A stretch of DNA of 63,242 nucleotides, the filler included. It is 22 parts of 22 records of this genome, joined end to end, with 100 filler letters (N's around TTAATTAATTAA, not from the genome) between each part and the next. Parts side by side here need not be neighbours in the genome. Positions count along the whole stretch, not along the records: positions 1 to 4,343 come from SRR36015645_172590; positions 4,444 to 7,598 come from SRR36015645_172681; positions 7,699 to 10,258 come from SRR36015645_173300; positions 10,359 to 12,772 come from SRR36015645_174788; 18 more parts are not named here. One strand, given 5' to 3'. This document shows positions 1-12,547 of this stretch, piece by piece. The position numbers and the translations under genes are program-made. The notes under the pieces are model-generated. The model saw only the letters and a list, made by a program, of their open reading frames with translations. It searched no databases and was not told where the DNA came from. How positions within the stretch are numbered: position 1 is the stretch's first letter; the number at the start of each line of letters is the position of its first letter.

Positions 1-1
1 T

Positions 2-3000
2 GACACTGAAAGCAGCGCTAAGAAAGTGAAACTCGGCAGACCAAAGGATTCAGGGAAAGAAGCAGCTTTTCTAGAAATCATTGAACACTTAGAAGCTAAT
101 GATGAGGAGCAAACGACAGTGAATGACCTTATCAAACAGATGGCAGAAACATTAGGCCCACAGCATGAACCATATTCATTTAAACATATGAAAGCAATGC
201 TCCAGAAACAGTTCGGTGAAAACCTGATAATCACTGATATAAATGGCGTCGAAAATGTTGTGACGTTTAGGCGCAAAGCATCGTCGATCCTTGGGAAGTT
301 TTACCAGTCAAAGCAACTTGACAGTGACTCTGAAAAGCTACGCTTAGTCAAAGCTTCGGCAGCCCTAATCAAGAGTGATATAAAGAACATTGTTCAATCT
401 AGGGAGGTGTATCCGAGTACCCTTGAGATGTCTACGGTTGAGGAGACAATGGCATTCCTGCCGGATTCATTGCGAGTCTTTCTTGATGCTCTACTTGTCG
501 GAAAGGACAAGAATTTGAAAATAGGTTCAATTGGTCAGGCCCTAATGCAAGCAACACGTCCCAGGGTTCTGATCGCCCCACTCCAACTTGGGCTCAGCGT
601 CCAGATGCATTCACATTTTGCATCTCGATTTCTAATAGATACTTTATATAAGCATGGTTTTAGTTGTTCCTACCCAGAAGTACAGAAATACGAACGAAGT
701 GCAGCGGTGAGCGTTGGTATTGACATCCCAGGCTTTGTCCCTGGTCACTTCATGCAATATGTGGCAGACAATGTGGACCACAATGTCAGAACTCTGGATG
801 GTTCCGGTACTTTCCATGGCATGGGAATCATAACCACTGTCACACCTAAGATAGGTCATGCTGCATCAGTTATCAAGCGTGTTTCTGTGACTGCTGATGA
901 CATAGCCGCAGTTGGGCGGATTGACATTCGTTATTTCACCCCGGAGCATGATGGAATGTCTTCTTTGAAATATGAACAATTTCAAAACGTGAATGACAAA
1001 GACAATTTGGCGAAGGTTGACCTGCTGTGGAAAGTTTCTTTCTTGGTACGGCCTCGGCGCCCTGGTTGGTCTGGTGCAATGCAGATGATATCAAATGGTG
1101 AGCACCCAGGACAGGCATCAGTCATATTTCTACCAATGATCGACATGAACCCAAGTGATCTGACATGTATATATTCAACTCTGAACTTCGTATGTGACCA
1201 TGCGTATCGCTACGGGGTTACACCGGTGATTACTTTCGACCAACCGCTTTGGTGGAAAGCAATGACGATCATTGAGAGTGAACCAGACACCAGCCGACTC
1301 CGTTCCTTTGTGCTAAGGCTAGGAGGTTTCCATACTCTCATGAGTTTCTTAGGGAGTATTGGACATTTGATGTCAGGCATGGGACTCCAGGAACTGTTTG
1401 AGATGATTTTCGCTTCAAATACCGTGACACACATTCTAAGCGGCAAGGCAGTTGCAAGAGCCATCCGTGGACACTTCCTTCTTGACACGGCTCTGAACAC
1501 CATTCGTGTTGCGAATCTACTTGGTGTGAACGTGCCCTCAGATGAAGATGATGAAGATGTTGACAACAATGACATTCCGACGATGATGGAGGAAAATAAT
1601 GTCGTGCAATCAGATGATGTGATAGATCATGATGAGGATAGCATCCTTCCCATTGAAGACAAAGATCTCCCTTTTGAAGAAGAAGATGATAGCATCCTTC
1701 CCAAAGAACTGCAGGCTGTTGCAGATCTTTTAGATAGACTCCTCGTAGGAGAGGCATCACTGTCAGACGTTGATTCATCGGTGGACCTCGAATCCATCAA
1801 AGATCTGATCCAAAACAAGACAATGGAACAAAGATCAAGAACGAGTCAATTGTGGACAATGTATATGACGATGATTGATATTGTGCGTGAATTTCTAAGG
1901 TCAGAACGTACAGGCAACTGGATTCAACACTTACAGGTATTGCAGAAAATGTTACCGTATCTTGCTGCCTCTGGCCACAACCTGTACACAAAATCGGTAA
2001 ATCTTTACCTTCAAAAAATGATGAAGCTCCATGAGACCAACGCAGACATCTACTCGAAATTCATGGAAGGATTTCATGTTGTGCGGCGATCGGAACGGTT
2101 CTGGGCGGGGCTCTCCGCCGACCTCATCATTGAACAAGTCTTGATGAGAAGCCTAAAGACCACCGGGGGATTAACAAGAGGAAGGGGAATGACCGAGTCA
2201 CAACGATTGCTGTGGTGCATGTCAAGTCCTGTGCGTGCCGAAGTTAACGATGCGATGCAACAACTCACCTCTGTGACATATTCCACGAGTGAACAGCATA
2301 AGGACCTATCAAAGGCAAGGCAAGGAAGGGACATGACTGATACTATGAAGCTAGTTTCAGTCCTAAAGGACCGGAACCCCTTTGATGACAATCCATTATT
2401 AAGTAACGTTGTCACTGGTGTAGCCACTAGAGAAGACGTTAATGTAGAACAGGCTGAGCGAATCGGGCAGGACATTCTAAGTAACATGGCTGGGCAACAC
2501 GTTCAGCAGTACACGTTCAAGAAGAAAAATCAAGCCATAACACCGGAATCGAAATCAACCATTAAAATCGATGGGGAAAAGGTCAATATCGATCCTCAAC
2601 TCTTGTTCCAGAGACTCATCATTGCAGGGACACAGGCGAAAAGTCTTCTTGACGCATTTCGCTTTGAACTCTGCTCATATCCACCGGCCTTGTTTGAAAC
2701 AAAGCACGTGCTTCTCAAGGCAAACAAGCCCGCTCTTGGCAAAGTCATTTGGGAAGTTGTGCCAAAGGAGGAGCAACAGATCAGACCAAGGAATTGTCAG
2801 TATGTCCTAGATGGAGGCGCTCTTCTCCATAGGATCCCGTGGCAAATCGGAGAAACCTACGAAACCATCCTAAAGCGATACACTACATATGTGACAAAAC
2901 ATTACAGAACGGCTGTTGTGGTGTTTGACGGATACGAAGACGGCCCATCAACCAAAGACGGAACCCATCAGAGGCGGCTTGGAGTAAGACAGGGGAGAGT

Positions 3001-3967
3001 TGTCAACTTCCAGACCTCTATGAAACTTCAGATGAAGAAGGAGGAGTTCCTTTCCAATGAAAAGAACAAGCAACGGTTTATACACTTGCTCTCCGATGTG
3101 CTCGAAATGGAGCGCTGTGAAGTCCATCACGCCAAAGGCGACGCAGATCTTCTCATCGTCAAGACAGCCATTCAAATTGCTGAAAAATGTGATGTGATTC
3201 TTGTTGGAGATGACACAGACCTTCTTGTTCTTCTCTGTTACCATGCCAAGTATGTGAAACATACCATATTCTGGCGTCCAGAGCCAAAAAAGGGGGACGT
3301 CATGAAGCATCTTAACATCAACCGGGTACGAGAGCTTCTTGGAGAAGGCGTTTGTGAGAAAATGCTGTTTGCTCACGCTATCCTTGGATGCGATACAACC
3401 TCCCGGGTCTTTGGCTTTGGAAAAGGGGTTGCTTTGCAGTTGATAAGAGACAGTGAGGGTTTCCGTGACCAGGCTACTGTGTTTAACAATGCAGATTCGA
3501 GCAGAGATGATATCATCCAAGCTGGGGCGAAAGCTCTACTGTGTCTATTTAAGGCAAAACCAACTGACAACCTGGATACACTAAGGCACTTCAAGTTTCA
3601 GGAGTTGGTGTCAAGAAGTACAAAGGTTGTCCAACCAAAGTCTCTTCCACCTACTACAGCAGCTGTCAAGTACCATAGCCTCCGTGTGTTTCACCAGGTA
3701 CAGGCATGGAAAGATGTCAACTTGGAGCCAGGGGATTGGGGTTGGAGGATCAGTGAGGGTCACATGGTCCCAATCATGACTGATTTGGAACCTGCTCCCA
3801 AGGCATTACTGGAAGTGATACGATGCAAATGCAAGACGGGGTGTGGAAAACGGTGTGGATGCAGAGGACTTGGGCTCGAGTGCACGCCCGCTTGTGGTGA
3901 ATGTAGGGGCATTTGTGAGAATATGACGAAGGACGTTGACGAAATATCAAAAGATACTGATTTGTGA
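2..3967 (+). mobile_element. Academ (AcademX-type) DNA transposon protein, 5'-truncated: transposase core + XPG/PIN-like nuclease + C-terminal Cys8 (CXC-like) zinc finger
   Basis: Transposase motifs ADNVDH..LDG.GTFHGMG, TFDQPLW.KA, RLGGFH, DLIIEQ. XPG/FEN-like motifs LDGG, VFDGY, DADLLI, GDDTDLLVLL, GCDTTS. Terminal CKCKTGCGKRCGC...CTPACGECRGIC. Frame is open from the contig edge. Confidence 0.8.
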
Positions 3968-4343
3968 AATGCTTATGATGCTAGCTGATTTGTTGTGTAG
4001 TCTGATGTGAACCAATCCTAGGGAACATATGCTTCCATGATTGAAATATACCTTCATGTATCGTGACTTAATGGTATTTCGAACCAAATTGTCGTTTAGC
4101 ATTTGACTCCGGAGACATTTTGACTTGCGGCTTAGGGACCAACGCCCGGGGTAGGCGTACCAACGGTTTGAATACGAAAGATCAATCAAATATGATAAAA
4201 CTGCTCTAGTTGATAGAATAGACTATGAAATCATGGTACAATACAAAAAAAAATGTATTAAAGGTGACCAATACCTAACAGGGCTAACATTTGATAGGGT
4301 ACCTAATTTCGCCAGTACCCCAATATCACCAATATTTGACCCC

Positions 4344-4443
4344 NNNNNNNNNNNNNNNNNNNNNNNNNNNNNNNNNNNNNNNNNNNNTTAATTAATTAAN
4401 NNNNNNNNNNNNNNNNNNNNNNNNNNNNNNNNNNNNNNNNNNN
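4344..4443. other. Artificial contig spacer (44 N + TTAATTAATTAA + 44 N), first of 21 copies. Contigs: 1-4343, 4444-7598, 7699-10258, 10359-12772, 12873-15319, 15420-23101, 23202-25217, 25318-27682, 27783-30066, 30167-33856, 33957-36069, 36170-39060, 39161-41365, 41466-43856, 43957-46031, 46132-48477, 48578-50699, 50800-53004, 53105-55291, 55392-58814, 58915-61048, 61149-63242
   Basis: Identical 100-bp block at every gap. TTAATTAATTAA gives stops in all six frames. ORFs run into it and end in X...LIN or X...N. Confidence 0.99.
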
Positions 4444-6877
4444 CATACATCAAAATATTTACATAAAAGTTATCACACAATACCCCATAATTAAGCTCAT
4501 TTACACTTTTTGCAAGATCATTAATAAACATAGCAAACAAAGTGGGTGAGAGAACATCTCCTTGTCTCACACCAAGTTCAATGTCAAACCAGTTGGTGAA
4601 CATGTTGTGATTAATTTTAACACAAGCTTGAGGTGCACAATACATGGATTTCACAATATTATAGAACCTCCCACATACACCTAATTCTATAATACGGAAA
4701 AACATGAAATCTCTATTAATCCTGTCAAACGCTTTTTGAAAATCAATAAAACAAACAAATGTTGATAAGTTAGATGCCTTACGATTGCGAAGAATAGAAG
4801 TTATGGTAAAAATATGATCAATACATGCACGCATTTTTCTGAATCCATTTTGCTCATCAACCAATAAATTATTTTCCTCCAGAAATTTTAACAGTCTTGT
4901 ATTTAATATACTGCTAAAAAATTTACTAACACATACAATTAGACTTATACCTCTATAGTTTAAAGGCACACGCTTATCTTTGGATTTATCTTTAGGAATA
5001 GGATTTAATATTGCCTTTCCCCACTCACTGGGTGCAATACCAAGACTAAATATCTTATTAAATAGGGCATGCAACATCTTTATTGATAACTCATTTTTAA
5101 ACACTTCATTTGGGAGATTGTCAAAACCGGTTGCTTTATTATTTTTGGAGTTATTTACGTGAACTCTTACTTCCTCTAACGTAATGTCACAGTTCAAACT
5201 GGAGGAACTAATATTTATCTCAGTATCTACATTTAGTTCTACCATTTCTAGCTCAAATTGCTCTTTAAATTTACAAATGTCATTAAAAAACTCATCATCA
5301 AAGAGAAATTCGTTAGTTTCATTGTTATAAATTGTAAATAATTTAGAAAATTCATCTCTCCATTTATTTAAAACAATATTTGGATCTGTATCAATTGTAT
5401 TGTCATCATTTAAAATTTCAATTGGAATATTACTTGATTTAGATGGTCCCAATTCTTTTAATTTTGCCCAAAAATCTTTTGGATTATTAGTATTAAGTCG
5501 ATCCAAATTTTCTTGTTCTCGCTTATAATACGCACGTTTAGCTTTTCTTACCATTTTATCAAAGTTTCTTTGTTTGTCCTTAAATTTAGCTCTCATTTCT
5601 CGTTTTAAGCCTGTAGTGCCATGACAAGATAAAAACTCTTTTTCTGCTTTGCATTTCTCAACCCAAAGGCCTTTTAACTCATTTGACCACCATGGCTTAG
5701 TTATATTTTTTGAATTTTTAAACTGGTTGGTTGATTTTGTTGCAAAGTAATTATCCATCTCTTTATAATAACTTTTACATATTTGCTGCCACATTTCATC
5801 TATATTCTGTTGATTTCCTTGCATATTTGTTATTCTTTCTATTGCGTAATTTATTTCTAATCGGATGTTATCGTTATTAAGAAACGTCTCTGGAATAACA
5901 CCAATTTTAAATTTTGGTCGTTTTATATTTACATAATTATTGGCAGCTACATCTGATTTATTATCATTTCCAATGTCAGATTTTAAGCCACTTTCTCTAC
6001 TTGATGTACCAAGTTCATCAAAATTACAACACTCGTCACTACATACGACATCTAAAACTAATACTGAATGATCAGGCATCGTTGTCTGTGGCTGAAATTG
6101 CATAGCATTTAATACATCAGATATTAAATAAACCTTTAACCTTTTGCAGTATTCGAACTGACTTTGTGGTACAAAAAAATAATCGACCACAGATTTTCCT
6201 TTTGTTGAAACAGATGTAAAACCGTCATTATCATGTGTTATACGACCATTTAAAATCGCACACTTACTTTCTAGCAAAAATTCAATAAATGCATCCCCGT
6301 GTGAGTTTTTTACCAAGTCAATTGGTGTCCTGGGATATATGTCATCAATATCTAAAATATAGTCATTTAATTTGGCAACACGAGCATTTATATCACCACA
6401 ATATAAGTTTAAATCATAATCAGCTACATTGTATGCATGCAACAATAAATGATTAAAAAATTCCTCAGATTTTTTGCCATAAACACTATTTAACGGTGGC
6501 AGGTAAGTTACAGTGATAGAAAATGTAAATTTTGTGTACTTGTTAATGAACTTAACACTAAGTATACCGTCAAATGATGCTTCTAGTACTGAAACATTGT
6601 AGATATGCATTAAATCTTTTCTGATTAGCATTCCTACTCCACCGGAGCCAATTTTAGTTTTTCGGCCAGCAGTTCTACGATTATGGCCAAAATACATGTA
6701 GTTTTCTAATGTTATGGTTTCATCATTTTTCAATTTTGTTTCTTGTAAACATATAATATCACACTTTAAAAATAATATCACTGCTAGCCTATCTTCATAA
6801 TTGTTTGGTGTCCATGAATTCACATTCCATGAAGCAATCTTTAGGTTGGTTTCTTTCTTTGGGTGGGCGGCGTCATC
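4444..6877 (-). mobile_element. LINE ORF2 (APE endonuclease + reverse transcriptase), 3'-truncated; no AUG before the first APE motif
   Basis: APE motifs LKIASWNVNS, CLQET, GDINAR, VDY, PDH. RT motifs NYRGISL, QNGFR, FIDFQKAFD, GVRQGDVLSP, cut at LMY(ADD). Frame is open back to the ORF1 stop codon. Confidence 0.95.
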
Positions 6878-7598
6878 CTATTGCGTGCTGCTGGCAATGG
6901 TTGATTGTTGGTTGGAACCAGTCGGTGATTGATTGATACCAGCCAATGATTGGTCGGAACCAGACGGCACGTGTACAACTTCCGGATGACGGTTCTCTAT
7001 GAAGTCGGCTATCGTGGGCAGTGCGCTATGGTCGTTTCGTTGGGTATGGTGTGTATCGGTGTTAGCGAGATCGTCAAGCTGGATGTATTCGTTTGATCCA
7101 CTAGGCAGGCTAGCAGAGGCCCCTGGATTTATAGGCTGACGTTTTGCCCCTGCGTCTAGTGGAGAGCTCGCCGTTCGCTTCCCGTGATGCCTCTCTCTGC
7201 CTTTGTAGTTTGTTACGACTGTTTCCGCTTCCTTTAGTTCAGCCTCGCTAGGCCTATACCATTTGTGCTCGACAAACAATTTACAACCGGCAACATAGGC
7301 ATGCTTGTTTTCGCCTCGGAATTTCTTCATAAGCGTTAGTAGCAGCTTACGCGTATGCACCATGTTAGGTGGATAATCTTCAGATATCCCCATTTTCGTA
7401 CCAGCTAAGTTCCGAGCCGCTTTCTTCACCTCCTCCCTGTCCTCAAACCAGAGAAACCTAGCAATAATCGGGCGCTGCTGTCCAACTTTCGGATCAGAAC
7501 CAACTCGGTGCGCTCGCTGAAACTTAATTCTTTCCGGGTGCACGATCTTCAGCTTGCTCTCAAAAAACTTGTGTAGCACCTTTTTGACGTCCTCACCC
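6878..7598 (-). mobile_element. LINE ORF1 C-terminal part (L1-type RRM/CTD, Transposase_22-like)
   Basis: RAHRVG...RPIIARF...ISEDYP motifs; lies directly upstream of the APE-RT ORF. Confidence 0.85.
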
Positions 7599-7698
7599 NN
7601 NNNNNNNNNNNNNNNNNNNNNNNNNNNNNNNNNNNNNNNNNNTTAATTAATTAANNNNNNNNNNNNNNNNNNNNNNNNNNNNNNNNNNNNNNNNNNNN

Positions 7699-8630
7699 CC
7701 TGCACCATACTTTTCTTTTAATGATTGGATCTGCCTTAATGTCCTCATCCATCTCCAGAATCATTACATTGTGATCTGACTCTGTTCTGCTGCCAGTTAT
7801 TTTGTAAACATGTTCATCATCTACTGTTAATTTCTTCAGATTACTATATGCGCAGTTAGTCATAAGACAGTAATCTAAGATTGATTTTTCTTGTGGATTC
7901 TTGGTATTTTGTCTAGTCCATGTCCCTTCGCATTTTTCTGTGTTATTCACAAGTGTTAGGTCCAAGTTGGAGTATGAGTCAAAAAGGTGCTTCTCTATAT
8001 TTGTCATAGATTGGTAGCTTTTTAGAGTTTTTGTTATACGCCCATTATCGTCCGTGACATCCAGCAGTTTTATATTAAAATCTCCAAGTAGGACGGCATT
8101 TGTTAGTGCCTGTTTTACATCCAGTGCTGAGGTAAATAAGTCATTTAGGTCTTCTATTATTTCTTGGCTCTGGGTTCTTCCTACTTGTTTTCCATAGTAG
8201 AGTCCTAATCCTAGGGATGCTTTACTTGATATATTAATTCTTATCCACATATATTCACAGTTATTTTCATTTATGTCATATACAAAGCACTTGTTTTTTA
8301 AACTGTTTTTTATGAAACATCCAATTCCTCCACCTTGTTTATTTCTTTCTCTGCCTATCCATGAATAGTTAGGAATTGATGGATTTTCACTTTTATTTAA
8401 AAAGGTTTCTGTAAGCATAAGTATATCAGGTTTTAGTGATTCTGTTATCTCTAGAATGCTTTGCATTTTGCTTTTCATACCCCTTACATTACTATATGCA
8501 ATTTTTAAACTATTGGAGTTAGGCCTACAATTATTTATTTTTGAATTTGATTTGTTTTTGTGGCTTTTTTGTTTTTCATTGTTCACATTTGTTATCCTAG
8601 TATTGGTCGAGGTGCTACTTTTATTTACTA
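7699..8630 (-). mobile_element. LINE ORF2 N-terminal APE endonuclease (truncated); frame is -1 relative to ORF1 and overlaps its last ~30 codons
   Basis: LKIAYSNVRG, LTETF, GGGIG, LGDFN, ILDY, SDH motifs. Confidence 0.92.
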
Positions 8631-10178
8631 CTATTGGCTGAGATTTATAGCTGGGGCAAATTGTTGAATCTGGGCGAGTTGGTGTTCCCGCTGAGCATTC
8701 TGAAAAGGCTGTTGGCTGTTAAAGTTGTTCATGTTGTTGCTGAACGGGTTAAAGTCGCCGTAAAAAGGCTGCATTTGCTGGGGATACATTCGTTGGGCTG
8801 CGCCATAGGGTGTTGGTTGTATTTGTTGCGGGTGCATGCAATTTTGCTGCTGGGCTTGCATGTTCATTGCTTCATTGAAGCTTTCAGGGCTAGGAGTTGG
8901 GAGTTGGTATAATGCTGGGCCTGGGCCTGCAGAGAAGTTTGGGTTTTGGCGTTGCGCTGGGTGTCTGTATCTGCAGTTTCTGTAGCTGCACTTTCCATTT
9001 ATATAGTCTTTGCACACTGGAATTTTGTGGCTGTCTTCGCATAACAATCCTCTAGTGCATTTGCCCGCGATATTATCCTGGCAAAGTCTTCCGGACTTTT
9101 CAGGGATTTTAGTTGATTCCTCTATCATCTGTTCTGCCATTGTAATTTCCTCTGGTACTCCAGTCAGTGTAACTTTGGAGACATCTTGGTTTTGCCTTTG
9201 GATGTTCAGCTTTACATTCGAGATTCTTTGTATTTGTTTTATTCGCCATCCTTTTCTTCCAATTAGTTTTCCCATATGTTCATTATTTATCGGTAGTTCT
9301 TTCGTAATCTTTCGGACTGATTGTTCTACATGTTCTACCTCTTCCGCTGAGTTTCCTTGTTCTTGAAGCACTGTATACATGTTATTGCTATCAAAGCGTG
9401 GTAAGTGGGAGTTATTGGCATGCTTGTTGGTGGCATCCCTGTAGTTAACATGGTTAGGCACCTGTACTTCCTGTGCATCGTTTGTCAGAAAATCCATCTG
9501 ACCCTCTAGCTTTTCCATCTTTTTCTCCAAGTTTACAAAGAGACTGTATAATGCTTCTCCCTCATATCCGTTAACATGGTTAACGTTTGGTATGTTGTTT
9601 CCCATCGCTGATTTTGTTTGTAGCAGCTCGTTTTTGTCCACCTGTGTTTGCAATCGTATTTCTAATTGCCTAATTATCTCGTTTTGTTCATCTAGTCTTG
9701 TTTCTTTGTTTTTGTCTGACTTTTTCAGCGCTGCATTTTGTTTCTTGGAATCTTCTAGCTTCAATTTTATATCTTCATTATCTTTCTCTACCTTATTAAA
9801 GTTTTCCTGCATTTTAGCAATTTTGTCCCTCAGTATTTCCGTTTCATAACTTATTAAAATCCTCTCATTACCGGTACCATCACTAGTGGACCCGGTGGCG
9901 GTGGGCAAGTCAGGCGTGGTATGGACATCAACGTCTTCCTGCCTATGGTCAGACTTGTCCTCCTTTGTCATGTTTGTCCTGTTTTTGTCCACACTACACG
10001 AACCACAATACCATTTTTTGCTTTTGTTTTGGGACAAACTGACCCATTCTTTATTAGTGATTAGAGTGCAGTCACGATGTAGCCATGCCTGGCAGCTGTC
10101 ACACCCTATGCTTTCATGGGTGTCTTCTACTATTTCGCCCTGGCACTCACTACAAATAAACTTTGTCATGTTTGTCAT
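8631..10178 (-). mobile_element. LINE ORF1 with PHD finger, coiled coil, KH domain, two CCCH fingers and Q/P/N-rich tail
   Basis: PHD C4HC3 (CSEC..CDSCQAWLHRDC..WYCGSC); heptad region; KH MGKLIGRKGWRIKQIQ..V.LTG; CQDNIAGKCTRGLLCEDSH and CKDYINGKCSYRNCRYRH. Directly upstream of an APE ORF. Confidence 0.85.
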
Positions 10179-10358
10179 GCTTAACAGCTTAGCCTTAGGC
10201 TTGGGTGGGGTTTGGCAGACTACTCTACCAACGCGCAGTTAAAAGTTTTAGGACCAGTNNNNNNNNNNNNNNNNNNNNNNNNNNNNNNNNNNNNNNNNNN
10301 NNTTAATTAATTAANNNNNNNNNNNNNNNNNNNNNNNNNNNNNNNNNNNNNNNNNNNN

Positions 10359-12547
10359 TCAGTATACAAAATGAACTTCTTTGTGAAATCGGGATAGGCA
10401 AGAACCGGCTTGGTTACCAGTATCTTCCTTAGGGTGTCAAATGCTGTTTGGCAATCTTCAGTCCAGATGTACGGTGCATCCTTTTCCGTCAACTTCTGGA
10501 GTGGATAGGCGATTTTTGCAAAATCCTTCACGAAACGTCGGTAGTATGACGCCAGCCCATAAAAGCTCCTCACCTCTCCTGCGTCCTTTGGAATAGGCCA
10601 TTCCATGACCTTACTGATGTTGCTGGGATCAGGGCGAACTCCATGTTTGTCTACAAAGTGTCCTAGAAAGACGGCTTCGTTTGCAGCAAACTGACACTTC
10701 TCCGGTCGGATCTTGAGGTTGGCGTCTCGGATACATGTTAGCACTTCTCGTACCTTGACTAGTTGGTCGTCAAAGGATCTCGTGAAAATAACTATATCAT
10801 CTATGTATACTTGACAACTACGCCAGTCCACCCCCGAAAGGACTAATTCCATCAATCGCTGGAAACTTGAACCTGAATTCATCAATCCGAAGGCCATCAC
10901 CTTGAATTGGTACAAACCACGGCCTGTGGTGAACGCTGTTTTGGCTTTATCGGCTTCTGTCATGGGTATTTGCCAATATCCGCTTGCGAGATCGATTATC
11001 GTAAAGTAGACAGAGCCGGACAACAGATTTATGGTTTGTTCAATATTCGGAATAGGATACGCATCGGGTACTGTCGCCATATTAACTTTCCGGTAGTCAA
11101 CACAAAATCTTATATCGCCCGATTTCTTCCGTACTAAAACAATCGGACTCGACCACGGACTGTCACTTGGCTCCGCTATATCGGCCTCACACATTTCTTT
11201 GACCTGTTGGTTGACGTACTCCTGTAGGTGCACTGGTATTCGGCGATACTTCTGTTTTATCGGCGTGCTGTCTCCAGTATTTATCGTATGTTCGACTAAA
11301 TGAGTTCGCCCAATGTCGTTTTTACTTTTGCTGAAAATATCCTCAAAGTCAGACAGCAGTTCCCGAAGTTGTGCTTTTTGTTCGTCGGTCAAAGCTTTGT
11401 TGATCGCATTGCTTAGATCTGGGCCTTGGTTGGCCTTGATCTTGCATGCCGGATCGGGCTGATTCCGTTTCTTGTTCAGCTTGTTGTAACTTAAGTCCTG
11501 TTTGACTTCAGCAGCCAGATCTTGATTAACCTGTCCCTCCCTATTCGAGCCTTGTTTGACCTTTGCACTTGGTGACTTGTAGTTACCCGGATCTTGTTTG
11601 ATCCATTCCTCCTCGATTTTCTTGCCCTTCGAGTCTCGATTTTCACGCATTTTTGACGTATCAGTGTAACTGCCTGGATCCTGATTGATCCGACTGCAGT
11701 CCATTTCATCATCTTCTTCCGTGTGTTCCAATAATAGTTCGTATCCATCCTCGTCTGTGCAAAATGATCCTAATACCGTGCCTGGATATAACGTACGTTC
11801 TTCATCGCTCAAATTTACTACTCGTATCGGGATTTTACCATGATTAGCCTTTGTTACTACACAGGCTACAAGAACATCTTGATTATCATCTAAAGTTACC
11901 CTTTTACATGGTTCTAATATGCCTTGCAAATCATGTAAATCTACGCCAACATTATTTTGTAACTCTGCCGCAAACGTGTAATGAGATTTAGGAGGAAGTA
12001 CAGTAATACTGGAGATGCGCGCTATGCAATGGGACGGATATACTTCTCGAGCAGATAAAAGAGGGATAGCCTCATTATTTAGACGACAAACACCACTAGG
12101 GATATCTAAAATCCCACTGTATTGCTGTAAGAAATCAAAACCTACAATTATACTATGAGTTAATCCGCGTATCACACGGAAAGCATGATTATAGCTACGG
12201 TTACCTACAGTAAAAACAATGTTAAGTTCCCCTAGTACGTCTAATTTGTCCCCCGAAACAGCTTTGGAGACTTGATCGCAACAATTATAAGATAATGGCT
12301 GTAGTTTCAGATGAGGAATTTTCATACGAAACGTTTCACTAATGGCTGAAAATTCCGCACCAGAATCCCATAAGGCAGGATGACAATCACTGCCGACTAA
12401 GATGTTAGAATATGGGGTTGTCCTGTTGCTGTTTCGTTTAATATTAGACGATGCCGACCTATTTGCTTCGCTGCTTCTTACATATACCGGGTCATTCACA
12501 TTGCGCGCCCTCGTTAGACCCTTAACGCGGGCGCGGCCTAGTTTGAC
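10359..12547 (-). mobile_element. Ty3/gypsy pol (protease + RT, start of RNase H), 3'-truncated; -1 frame relative to gag
   Basis: LWDSGA protease; SPWSSPIVLV, RFCVDYR, DLASGYWQI, YIDD, FLGH RT motifs. Confidence 0.96.
12489..12547 (-). promoter_or_regulatory. Putative -1 frameshift element (G_TCA_AAC + H-type pseudoknot)
   Basis: Stem GCGCCC/GGGCGC extended by CGTTA/TAACG. Loop GGGTC is complementary to downstream GACCC. Pol frame is -1. Confidence 0.7.

Noticed and set aside
644-3594. Many 60-190 aa antisense or alternative-frame ORFs inside the long TE ORFs throughout the window
   Set aside because: No recognisable motifs; expected shadow ORFs.
4388-4399. Recurrent TTAATTAATTAA palindrome as a biological repeat, att site or CRISPR repeat
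   Set aside because: Always centred in 88 Ns; it is a synthetic six-frame-stop linker.
11410-11700. Degenerate (N/K)QD(P/L) peptide repeats between gypsy protease and RT
   Set aside because: Looks like ordinary low-complexity linker expansion.
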